Shown here one piece after another: positions 7,998-16,900 of a DNA stretch of 64,000 bases (positions are counted from its first letter, which is position 1; every line of letters begins with the position of its first letter). The stretch lies in the NCBI GenBank assembly GCA_963457535.1, contig OY734803.1, positions 163,943-227,942 of the forward strand. The letters run 5' to 3'. Position numbers and translations under genes: made by a program. The notes beneath the pieces were generated by a model. It was given only the letters and a program-made list of their open reading frames with translations. It was not told where the DNA came from and ran no database searches. The DNA is from Arenicellales bacterium. GTDB taxonomy: Bacteria; Pseudomonadota; Gammaproteobacteria; Arenicellales; Poriferihabitantaceae.

Positions 7998-10900
7998 CTA
8001 CGGCAGCAACGCCGCGATTTTGTTCAGCACGGCGACGCGCGCGGGCGCGCCGGTGATGGAAAGCCCGGCGAAAAGTTCATCGCCGCGCAGGCCGAACAGG
8101 TAGCGCGCGATGAGGAAGCCGTCGGTTTCATCGGAGTCGCCGTCGCCGTCCACATCCAGGGCGTTGGTGGCGACGCCGTCCTGCAGCGAGGATTCGTAGT
8201 CGCGGAAATTGCCGGCGCTTTGTCCGCGAATCAAGGAGGGACCGCGCGAGCCGAGCAAATATCTTGCGGTGATGATGCCGTCGCGGACGGTTGCCGCGGC
8301 CGCGGCGTCTCCATCGGCGGTGTTCAGGTCCAAATCAAAAGTCGCGGTGCGAATGGAGAATTCCTGCTCGGCGGTGTCGCCGGCGTTGTCGGTGACGGTG
8401 TAGGTGATTTGCGCGTCGGTTCCGGCGGCGGGCGTGCCGGAGATTTCGCGGGTCTCTTCGTCAAAGGCGAGTCCGGACGGCAGGCCGCTCACTTCGTAGG
8501 TATAGGGAGTGGAGCCGTGCTCGGCCGCGGGCAAAACCACCGGCGATGCGAGTTGCGTGTCCGCGAGGAAAATCAAATCGGCCTGCGGCGTTGCGAACGC
8601 CAGCACTTCCTGCGGCGTTCCTTCGGCGGAAGTGGACCACGCGCCGGTGCCGGCGCTGTTGACCGCGGCGACTTGCACTGAATAGACGGTGCCGTTGGTG
8701 AGGCCGGGGATCGTGTAAAACGCGTCGGTTCCCCCGGTGGAAACACCATTGGCGTCCACCCATGAAGTAGAGCCGCTTCCCTCGGCCCAGCGAACGCGGT
8801 AGCCGCGCAACACGCCGCCGCCGAGGTCGGCATCGGCCGGCGCGGTCCAGCGCAACATCAATCGTTGGTCGGCCGGCGCAACCGCCAGACCGCTGAGCGC
8901 GGACGCAGGTCCGGCGGTTACCGTCAAATCTATGTCAGCGCGCGCAACGCCGGCGCCGGTTGCCATGCTGTCCTGCGCCGAATAAGTGATGCGAAACAGT
9001 CCGCCCTGCGTCGGCGTGCCGGCGAGGGTGCGCGAAGATTTTGTGAACGCCACCCCGGACGGCAGTGTGTCCCCGCTCAGCGTATAACTGAGCGGCGGAA
9101 AGCCTCCGCGCGCGGCCGGCAGGACAACGCTCTTGGCGGTGTTGTGTTGAAAGGTCAGCGCGGTCGGCGCGGCGGGCGTGAACGTCACCGGCGACACAGT
9201 CTCGGTGGTGAATCTACGCAGAGCCGCTTGGGGCGTCTTGGCGGAATCCACCACCTCATAATTCAGAGTCCATTGCAGGAGGGAGTTGCCGATGGTTTCA
9301 GGCTCAAAATCGCCGGTGAGGGCGCGCGTGTCCGCATCAAAAGAAAAGCCGGCCGGCAGCGGATCATTCCGCGTCATCCCGAATAAGTAGGCGAAGTAAG
9401 AATACGGCGGGAAACCTCCGCTCGCCGCCGGCAAAACGGTCGTTACCGGGGCGCCCGCGTAGGAAAAGATTTTCGCCGGGGCGGGGATGCGCAGCGGTTC
9501 CGGGGTGCGGATGAGCGTGATGCTGTAAGTCTTGGTCGCGCTTCCGTCGGCGGAAGTTACCGCGAAACGGACGGTGAGAGGAATGCCTTGCTGCAAATTC
9601 ACACTGACCTCCGCCCCGCTCGCGAGCGCGGCCGCGGCGGCCGTGCCGGCGGTGACGCGAATGTTCGCGCCGGAATTCTCGGCTGTCGGGCGCAGCGCGA
9701 CGCTCGCGGTCGTCTTCTCCACGGTGATTTCATAGGACAGCGTCTCTTTGTCAAAGGAAAACCCCGGCAGAGTCGTATCCGCGGTCAGACTCTGCAAATC
9801 GGCGTTGTCCTCGCCGACAAAATCAAAGGACGCGCCGGCCCAGACGCTGCCGGCGGTGGTCGCCGCGTCAAACGCGTCGCCGACGGCGATTTCCAGCGCG
9901 GCCACCTGCACATCGTATTTGCCGGGCGTCAAATTGGGAATGGAGACCATGGTGGTGGCGACGCGCGCCGATGCGGTGTAGGTGGAGACGCCGTCCGGTT
10001 TCCAGCGCGTGCGGTAACTCTGCACATTCGCGCCACCCGGCGCGCGCCAGCGCACCTGCAGCGCGCCGGCCGCGGAAGATGCCGAGAAATCGCGCGGCGG
10101 GTCGGGATGCGCCGCCGGCGCATCGAGGAAGCCGCTGCTCTCCACCCATGCGCTCTGCCCGGCCTCGCTGACCGAGGCGACCGCAAATTTCAAGGCCGCG
10201 GTCAAACGCGGCGAGTTCCAAGTCGCATCGGCGCTGCCGGTGGCGACGCCCGACGCGCCGCCGGTGCCGTCCCATGCCCCGGTATTCACGGAAGTCCAGC
10301 GCACCCGGTATTCGGTGATGGGCGCGCCGGCGACCGCGGCCGGCACATTCCAATCCAGGGAAAATGCGCTTTTTCCGCGGATTACGACAATATTCGCGGG
10401 CCGATTCGGCAGAATTTGGCGGGTCGCGACCACGCGGTAGGTCTTTTGCGCGGAGCCGTCGTCGGCGGTCACCACGATGGTGAAGATGATGCTCGCGCCG
10501 ACATCCAGCGCGGTCGGCGTACTTGCCGTGCCGCTGGTTCCGGCGGCCGGCGTCCCGCTGTCCACTTGCAGCGTGAAAGACGCGTGTTCGTCGTTCAGCG
10601 TCGCGGTGATGCCGACTTCGGTGCTGGCGTTCGGGGTAACCGAGGTGTAGTCGGTGGTGTCCGCGTCAAACGCCGGCGACAAATCGCCGGAGGACATTTC
10701 CAGCGCGGAGAGGGTCGCGTCAATATTCGGCAGCGCAGTCGCTTGCGCCGCGCTCCACGCGCCGGCGCCGACGCTGTTGACCGCGGCCGCCGCGACATCG
10801 TAGGCGGATTTTTCCAGACCGGAGATTGTATAACTGCGCGCCGATGCGGCGACGCTTTCGCCGCAATCGTTGTCGGTGGCGGTGTCGCCGTCATTGCATT

Positions 10901-12902
10901 CGGCGTCGTCGCCGCTCGCGTCCTGCCAGGGTCCGGGGCTGCCGGAGCCGTCGTCGCTTATCCGCCAGCGAACGCGGTAGTTGCTGATGGCGGCGAAGCC
11001 ATCGCTCGCCGGCACCTCCCAGTTGAAGGTGATCTCGCGCCGCCCGGCGGCCGCCGACGGATTCGCCGGCGCGCCCGGCGCGCCGACGCGCCTGACCACG
11101 ATGACATAGGTCTTCTGCGAACTTCCGTCATCGGCGGTAACCGCGATGCGAAAGGTCTTTTCGCCGCCGGCGTCAATGGAAAACTCGGAACTCGCGGTTC
11201 CGCTCACGCCGGCCGCCGGGGTTTCGCTGTCTTCCTGCAGAGTGAATTGCGCGTTGGCGTCCTTCAGCACCGCGGTGATTTCGGTGCCGGTCTCGCTGTT
11301 GGCGAGCAATGCGTCGTAAGAAAAAGTCGCGACGGCAAAGGACGGCGTCAGCGAGCCGGGGGAAATCGCCAGCGCCAGCAGGGTCGCATCGGTGGAGGCG
11401 AGCGGAGTCGCCTGCGCCGCGGTGTCGCCGCTCCACGCGCTGGCGCCGGCGCTGTTGACCGCGGCAACCGCGACATCGTAGGAGACCTTGTCCAGTCCGG
11501 TAATCTCATAGGAGGTCGCCGATGACGCGACTTCCACGCCGCACATCGCTTCGTTGCTCGCGTCGTTGTCGTTGCATTCGGCGTCATCGCCGCTCGCGTC
11601 CTGCCAGGGTCCCGGCGTTCCGGTGCCGCTGACGCGCCAGCGCACGCGGTAGGAGGCGACCGGGCGGTCGCTGTCTTCGGCCGGGGCGGTCCAGGAAAAA
11701 TTAATCGCGCGCACCGCGGCGGCCGCGGTCGGGCTGGTCGGGGTTGCCGGGGCGGTTACCGAGAGCGGGCTGCGGCTTTGCACCGCCGACCATGCGCCGG
11801 GCGCGAAAGTGTTCAGTCCGCGCACCCGCACATCGTAGGTCAGCGCGTTGTCCAGTCCGGTGATGTCGGCGCTGCCGCTGCGCGAGGATTCTATCAACCT
11901 GCCGCAGGCGGCCGAGGTTCCGGGGTCGTTTGCCGGGGCGGCGGCGCAGTCGGCGTCGTCGCCGGCGTCATTTTGCCAGGCGCCGGCGGTCTGCGCGCCG
12001 GCGCCGTCCGGGTCGGCGGTGCGCCAAGTGAGCCGCCAGACATCCAGCCGCGGACTGCCCAACTGCCAGCGATAGTTGACGCGCAGCGCGGTATCCAGGC
12101 CGTCAAGCGTTACCGTGGGCGCCACCGGCGCGGCGGTTACGGTTCGCGGCGAGGGGCGGGAAACACTTATGTTTATCAGCGGGGACATCGAGCCGCCGTC
12201 GGTCTCCGACTCGGCGGCGTTGAACTGTGTGAAACTCGGCCCCGCCGGCAGCGCATACACCCGGGAACTTCCGCCGCTGGCAATCCGCTCGCGGTTCGCT
12301 CCCGGGCCAAAAAGAAAATCCCCGCCGCCCAGCGCGGTCGCCGTCACCGCAATGCCGTCGATGACGGTTGACACATTGGGTACTGTGACGCTCGATGTCG
12401 GCGAATCGGCTTGGACGGTGCGCACCACTTCACTCCCGACATAGAGCCGCACCGTCACCGAAGTGAGCGTGCCGGTGCCGACCACGATGCCGGCCGAGGC
12501 AGACCAAGCGGTCGCGCCGGAGACTTCGGCGCCGACTTGCACATCGTATCGCCCGTCATCCAGATTGTCCGGTTGGCCGTTTGAATCGGTCGGCTGGATG
12601 GTGTAAGTGAGGGTGCCGGCGGCGACGGAAACGCCGTCGGCGCCGTCGTCGTTGAGCCAAGCGGTGGAGCCCGCGCCTTTCGCCCAGCGGACTTTGTATG
12701 CGCTGACCGTGCCCGAGGCCGGCGCGGCCCAGCGAACATTGATCAAACTCTTGCCGCCGCCGCTGCGGTGGTTTTGCTCCAGCACCACCGAAGTCGGCTG
12801 CGCCAGCGCCTGCGGCGCCTCAAACAGCGCGGCCAGGCAAAAAACCGCCGCGGCAAACAACGCCGCGCGCGAGCGGAAAAGGGTTTGGATTTTCGCGGGC
12901 AT
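7998..12902 (-). CDS. Giant secreted repeat protein P1 (FN3 / cadherin-like beta-sandwich / He_PIG Ig repeats, C-terminal dockerin-like module)
   Basis: 1634 aa with signal peptide MPAKIQTLFRSRAALFAAAVFCLAALFEAPQALA/QP. It has many FN3-like units (Y[KR]VRW...Y.V.V.A.N..G...WS). Cadherin-like units read DATLSALEMSSGDLSPAFDADTTDYT. He_PIG-like units read LPSGLAFDEETREISGTP. The C-terminus is DVDGDGDSDETDGFLIARYLFGLRGDELFAG. Confidence 0.9.
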   Translation of the reverse strand: MPAKIQTLFRSRAALFAAAVFCLAALFEAPQALAQPTSVVLEQNHRSGGGKSLINVRWAAPASGTVSAYKVRWAKGAGSTAWLNDDGADGVSVAAGTLTYTIQPTDSNGQPDNLDDGRYDVQVGAEVSGATAWSASAGIVVGTGTLTSVTVRLYVGSEVVRTVQADSPTSSVTVPNVSTVIDGIAVTATALGGGDFLFGPGANRERIASGGSSRVYALPAGPSFTQFNAAESETDGGSMSPLINISVSRPSPRTVTAAPVAPTVTLDGLDTALRVNYRWQLGSPRLDVWRLTWRTADPDGAGAQTAGAWQNDAGDDADCAAAPANDPGTSAACGRLIESSRSGSADITGLDNALTYDVRVRGLNTFAPGAWSAVQSRSPLSVTAPATPTSPTAAAAVRAINFSWTAPAEDSDRPVASYRVRWRVSGTGTPGPWQDASGDDAECNDNDASNEAMCGVEVASSATSYEITGLDKVSYDVAVAAVNSAGASAWSGDTAAQATPLASTDATLLALAISPGSLTPSFAVATFSYDALLANSETGTEITAVLKDANAQFTLQEDSETPAAGVSGTASSEFSIDAGGEKTFRIAVTADDGSSQKTYVIVVRRVGAPGAPANPSAAAGRREITFNWEVPASDGFAAISNYRVRWRISDDGSGSPGPWQDASGDDAECNDGDTATDNDCGESVAASARSYTISGLEKSAYDVAAAAVNSVGAGAWSAAQATALPNIDATLSALEMSSGDLSPAFDADTTDYTSVTPNASTEVGITATLNDEHASFTLQVDSGTPAAGTSGTASTPTALDVGASIIFTIVVTADDGSAQKTYRVVATRQILPNRPANIVVIRGKSAFSLDWNVPAAVAGAPITEYRVRWTSVNTGAWDGTGGASGVATGSADATWNSPRLTAALKFAVASVSEAGQSAWVESSGFLDAPAAHPDPPRDFSASSAAGALQVRWRAPGGANVQSYRTRWKPDGVSTYTASARVATTMVSIPNLTPGKYDVQVAALEIAVGDAFDAATTAGSVWAGASFDFVGEDNADLQSLTADTTLPGFSFDKETLSYEITVEKTTASVALRPTAENSGANIRVTAGTAAAAALASGAEVSVNLQQGIPLTVRFAVTSADGSATKTYSITLIRTPEPLRIPAPAKIFSYAGAPVTTVLPAASGGFPPYSYFAYLFGMTRNDPLPAGFSFDADTRALTGDFEPETIGNSLLQWTLNYEVVDSAKTPQAALRRFTTETVSPVTFTPAAPTALTFQHNTAKSVVLPAARGGFPPLSYTLSGDTLPSGVAFTKSSRTLAGTPTQGGLFRITYSAQDSMATGAGVARADIDLTVTAGPASALSGLAVAPADQRLMLRWTAPADADLGGGVLRGYRVRWAEGSGSTSWVDANGVSTGGTDAFYTIPGLTNGTVYSVQVAAVNSAGTGAWSTSAEGTPQEVLAFATPQADLIFLADTQLASPVVLPAAEHGSTPYTYEVSGLPSGLAFDEETREISGTPAAGTDAQITYTVTDNAGDTAEQEFSIRTATFDLDLNTADGDAAAAATVRDGIITARYLLGSRGPSLIRGQSAGNFRDYESSLQDGVATNALDVDGDGDSDETDGFLIARYLFGLRGDELFAGLSITGAPARVAVLNKIAALLP

Positions 12903-12942
12903 TTGTCAGATCAACATTAAAAAGAAAACGGGGAGCCGCGAT

Positions 12943-12972
12943 TATACATTTGCCGGCGGCGGCCGGTAGAAT
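12943..12972 (+). promoter_or_regulatory. Candidate promoter of the small divergent ORF (copy 1)
   Basis: TATACA-18 nt-TAGAAT lies about 20 nt upstream of ATG 12993, with AGGA as SD. The same module occurs at 19500-19529, and as TATACA...TAAAAT before 25270. Confidence 0.4.
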
Positions 12973-12992
12973 GCGGCGAGCAGGACGAAACA

Positions 12993-13538
12993 ATGAAATT
13001 TTGGGGCAGGAAGAAAGCCGCGCAACTGGCGCGGCGGCGCGGGGCGTCGTGGCTGCGGTTGCGCGCCCGCATTTTGCGGAACTCGCGGGCGGTTGAGCAG
13101 ACGCTGCGCGGCGCGTCCGCGGTGGCGTTCATAGACAAACAGCGCGCCTTGCGCGCGCCGCCGGCGGCGGCGAATCCGAAAGAAGCGCGGCGCGATTATT
13201 TGCCGGTGGGAATTTTGGAAGCGGGAGCGGCGCGGCGCATCGGCGCGAAATCGCGGGTGGTGCGGCTGACCGACCGGGTGGCGGACAAGCAGTGGCATGC
13301 GCATGGCGGCGGGCTGCAATATCTTCCATTAAGCCCGAGCAAACGCAAGCGCCGGGCGGTGCCGGCGGCGTGGTATGCGGACATTCCCAAACTCCTGCGC
13401 GAAACCAAGCCGTATCGCAACCACAAAAATCGCTGGCAGTTTGATCATGCCGGCCTGAAGCGGCGGCTGGTTCTTGACTTGGATGAGGACGGTAATCCCG
13501 TCGTGATTTCCTATCACCCGAAAGAGAATTTGAAGTAG
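12993..13538 (+). CDS. Small basic protein, divergent from P1; possibly a PBECR/Barnase-EndoU-RelE-like nuclease fold (weak)
   Basis: 181 aa with SD AGGA. The N-terminal 16 aa (MKFWGRKKAAQLARRR) are shared with the ORF at 19550. The C-terminal part is KQWHAHGGG...IPKLLRE...RLVLDLDEDGNPVVISYHP. Confidence 0.5.
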   Translation: MKFWGRKKAAQLARRRGASWLRLRARILRNSRAVEQTLRGASAVAFIDKQRALRAPPAAANPKEARRDYLPVGILEAGAARRIGAKSRVVRLTDRVADKQWHAHGGGLQYLPLSPSKRKRRAVPAAWYADIPKLLRETKPYRNHKNRWQFDHAGLKRRLVLDLDEDGNPVVISYHPKENLK

Positions 13539-13623
13539 TTGCCTGCCGCAATAATGCGGGGTAGTCAGGCAACCGCGGCGGAAAATGCGGGTTACTACCG
13601 AACCACTCTCGACGCCGCCAATG

Positions 13624-13651
13624 AGTATGCCACTGCGGAAGGCGGTGTCAA
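13624..13651 (-). promoter_or_regulatory. Sigma70-like promoter facing P1, antisense to the small ORF
   Basis: The minus strand reads CCGCTTGACA (TTGACA at 13646-13651), 16 nt, CATACT. The second repeat unit keeps the -35 (13836-13841) but has a degenerate -10. Confidence 0.4.
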
Positions 13652-13851
13652 GCGGTTTGTGCAAAAAATCCGGCGGAGAATTTCAGCGGATTTTTGCCGT
13701 TTGCCCCGGAAAATCGGGGAAATTTGAAGTAGTTGCCTGCCGCAATGCGGGGTAGTCAGGCAACCGCGGCGGAAAATTCGGGCTACTACCGAGCCACGCT
13801 CACGCCGATGAGAAGTCTGCCACTGCAAAACGCGGTGTCAAGCGGTTTGCG

Positions 13852-13901
13852 CAAAAAATCCGGCGGGGATTTTGGCGGAGTTTTACCCTTGCCGCCCCGC
13901 C
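13852..13901 (-). terminator. Rho-independent terminator of P2
   Basis: The minus strand reads GGCGGGGCGG-loop-CCGCCaaaatCCCCGCCGG followed by ATTTTTTG. It begins 9 nt after the P2 stop. Confidence 0.55.
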
Positions 13902-13909
13902 CTGCCCGC

Positions 13910-16900
13910 TCACCCGCCCGGCAGCAGGCCGGCGATGTTTGCCGCGGTGGCGGCTTCGTCGTTCACGGTGAACCCGGCGAAGAGTTCGTCTCCGCGCAGG
14001 CCGAACAAATAGCGCGCGATGAGGAAGCCGTCGGTTTCATCGGAGTCGCCGTCGCCGTCCACATCCAGCGCGTTGGTGGCGACGCCGTCCTGCAGCGAGG
14101 ATTCGTAGTCGCGGAAATTGCCGGCGCTTTGTCCGCGAATCAAGGAGGGACCGCGCGAGCCGAGCAAATATCTTGCGGTGATGATGCCGTCGCGGACGGT
14201 TGCGGCGGCCGCGGCGTTTCCGTCGGCGGTGTCAAGGTCCAAATCAAAAGTCGCGGTGCGAATGGAGAATTCCTGTTCGGCGGTGTTGCCGACGTTGTCG
14301 GTGACGGTGTAGGTGATTTGCGCGTCGGTTCCGGCCGCGGGCGTGCCGGAGATTTCGCGGGTGCCTTCGTCAAAGGCGAGTCCGGACGGCAGGCCGCTCA
14401 CTTCGTAGGTGTAAGGCGTGGTTCCGTGCTCGGCCGCGGGCAACACCACCGGCGATGCAAGTTGCGTGTCCGCAAGGAAAATTAAATCGGCCTGCGGAGT
14501 CGCAAACGCCAGCACTTCCTGCGGCGTTCCTTCGGCGGAAGTTGACCACGCGCCGGTGCCGGCGCTGTTGACCGCGGCGACTTGCACCGAGTAGGCGGTG
14601 CCGTTGGTCAGGCCGGAGATCGTGTAAAACGCGTCGGTTCCCCCGGTGGAAACACCATTGGCGTCCACCCATGAAGTGGAGCCGCTTCCCTCGGCCCAGC
14701 GGACGCGGTAATCGCGCAACACGCCGCCGCCGAGGTCGGCGTCGGCCGGCGCGGTCCAGCGCAACACGAGTCGCTGGTCGGCCGGGGTAACCGCCAAATC
14801 GCTGAGCGCGGACGCGGGTCCGGCGGTCACCGTCAAATCTATGTCGGCGCGCGCGGTGCCGGAATCGCCGGCTATCCTGTCCTGCGCCGAATAAGTGATG
14901 CGAAACAGTCCGCCCTGCGTCGGCGTGCCGCCGAGGGCGCGCGAGGATTTTGTGAACGCCAGCCCGGGCGGCAGCGTGTCCCCGCTCAGCGCATAACTGA
15001 GCGGCGCGAAACCCCCGTTCGCGGTCGGCAGGCCCAGATTCCTGGCGGTGTTGTATTCAAAAGTCAGCGCGGCCGGCACGGCGCTTGCAAATACCACCGG
15101 CCGCGCAATCGCGGTGTTGAGGGTATGCAAATCGCCTTGGGGCGTCCTGGCGGAATCCACCACTTGGTACTGCAGATCCCATGTCAGGCCGCCAACGCCG
15201 ACGTTTTCAGGGTCAAAATCGCCGGTGAGGGCGCGCGCGTCCGCATCAAAAGAAAAACCGTCCGGCAGCGGATCATTCCGCGTCTGCCCGAGTCTATACA
15301 CGAAATAGGAATACGGCGGGAAACCGCCGCTCGCCGCCGGCAGAACGGTCGTTACCGGAGCGCCCGTGTAGTAAAAGATTTCCGCCGGGCCGGAGATGCG
15401 CAGTGCATCCGGAGTGCGGATGAGCGTCACGCTGTAGGTCTTGGTCGCGCTTCCGTCGGCGGAAGTTACCGCGAAACGGACGGTGAAAGGAACGCCCTTT
15501 TGCAAATTCGCGCTGGCTTCCGCCCCGCCGGCGAGCGCGGCCGCGGCGGCCGTGCCGGCGGTGACGCGAATACTCGCGCCGGAATTCGCGGTTGTCGGGC
15601 GCAGCGCGACGCTCGCGGTCGCATTGTCCACGGTGATTTCATAGGACAGCGTCTCCCTGTCAAAGGAAAAACCCGGCGCCAGCGCGGTTTGGTCGGCGGC
15701 GTTTACCACGGACAACTCCCGCAAATCCGCGTTGTCGGTGGCGGCCGCGTCAAAAGTCGCGCTCGCCCAGACGCTGCTCAGGGTCGCCGAGGTTATCGCG
15801 TCATCCACGCCGGCTTCCAGCGCGGCGACCTGCACATCGTATTTGCCGCTCGGCAAGTTCGCGATGGAGGTCATGGTCGCGGCGACGCGCAACTCGGGCG
15901 TGTAGGTGTTCACGCCGTCCGCTTTCCAGCGCACCCGGTAACTTTGCACATCCGGGTCGGTCGGCGCCTGCCAGCGCACCTGCAGTTCGTTCGCCGAAAC
16001 CGCGGAAAGATTGCGCGGCGGGTCCGGGTTGGTGGAACTCGTGCTGACGGGGCCTTGCGCGGCGCTCCACTCGCTCTGCCCGGCTTCGCTGACCGAGGCC
16101 ACCGCAAACCACAGCGTTCCGTTGCGGGTCAAATTCCAAGTCGCATCGGCGCTGCCGGTGGTGATGCCGTCCGCGCCGTTGTTGCCGTTCCAGGTCGGCG
16201 GCGTGACGGTGGTAAAGCGCACCCGGTATCCGGTAATCGGCGCGCCGGCCACCGCCGCCGGCTCGTCCCAGTCCAGCGAAAACGCGGCCCGTCCGGGCGT
16301 TACCTTGAGATTGGCCGGCGCATTCGGCAGGATCGGCCGCGTCGCGACCACGGTGTAGGTTTTTTCCGCGGTTCCGTCGTCGGAAGTTACCGCGATTTTG
16401 AAGGTTACGCTCGCGCCCACCGCGATGGAGGTCGGCGCGCTTGCAACGCCGCTGGCGCCGGCGGCCGGCGTTCCGCTGTCCACTTGCAGCGTGAAAGACG
16501 CGTGTTCATCGTTCAGCGTCGCGGTGATGCCGACTTCGGCGTCCTGGTTGGGGACGACCGCGGTGTATTCGGTGGTCGCCGCGTCAAACGCCGGCGACAA
16601 ATTGCCGGACGACATTGCAAGGGCGGACAGCGTCGCGTCGTCCAAACCGGACGGCGCGGCCTGCGCTTCGCTCCATGCGCTGGGGCCGTGGAAATTGAGC
16701 GCGGCCACCGCGACATCGTAGGAGGCCTTGTCCAGTCCGGAAATCGTGTATGCGGTGGAAGACGCCGCGACTTCCACGCCGCACAGCGCGTCGTTGCCCG
16801 CGTTGTTGTCGTTGCATTCGGCGTCTTCGCCGTTCGCGTCCTGCCAGGGCCCGGGGCTGCCGGAGCCCGCGTCGCTCCGCCGCCAGCGCACCAAGTAGCC

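Larger units (their letters stand above)
13527..13908. repeat. Tandem duplication (2 units, period 194 bp) of the hairpin / promoter / terminator module between P2 and the small ORF
   Basis: AATTTGAAGTAGTTGCCTGCCGCAAT...GGTAGTCAGGCAACCGCGGCGGAAAAT...CCACTGC...GGTGTCAAGCGGTTTG.GCAAAAAATCCGGCGG occurs at 13527 and again at 13721. The nested hairpin GTTGCCTG-CCGCA-ATAA-TGCGG-GGTAGT-CAGGCAAC (13538-13573) starts at the stop codon of the small ORF. Confidence 0.8.

Noticed and set aside
13527-13908. The tandem repeat considered as a possible CRISPR array.
   Set aside because: There are only two units of 194 bp with no short repeat/spacer alternation, and no cas genes in the window. It is a segmental duplication of a terminator-promoter module.
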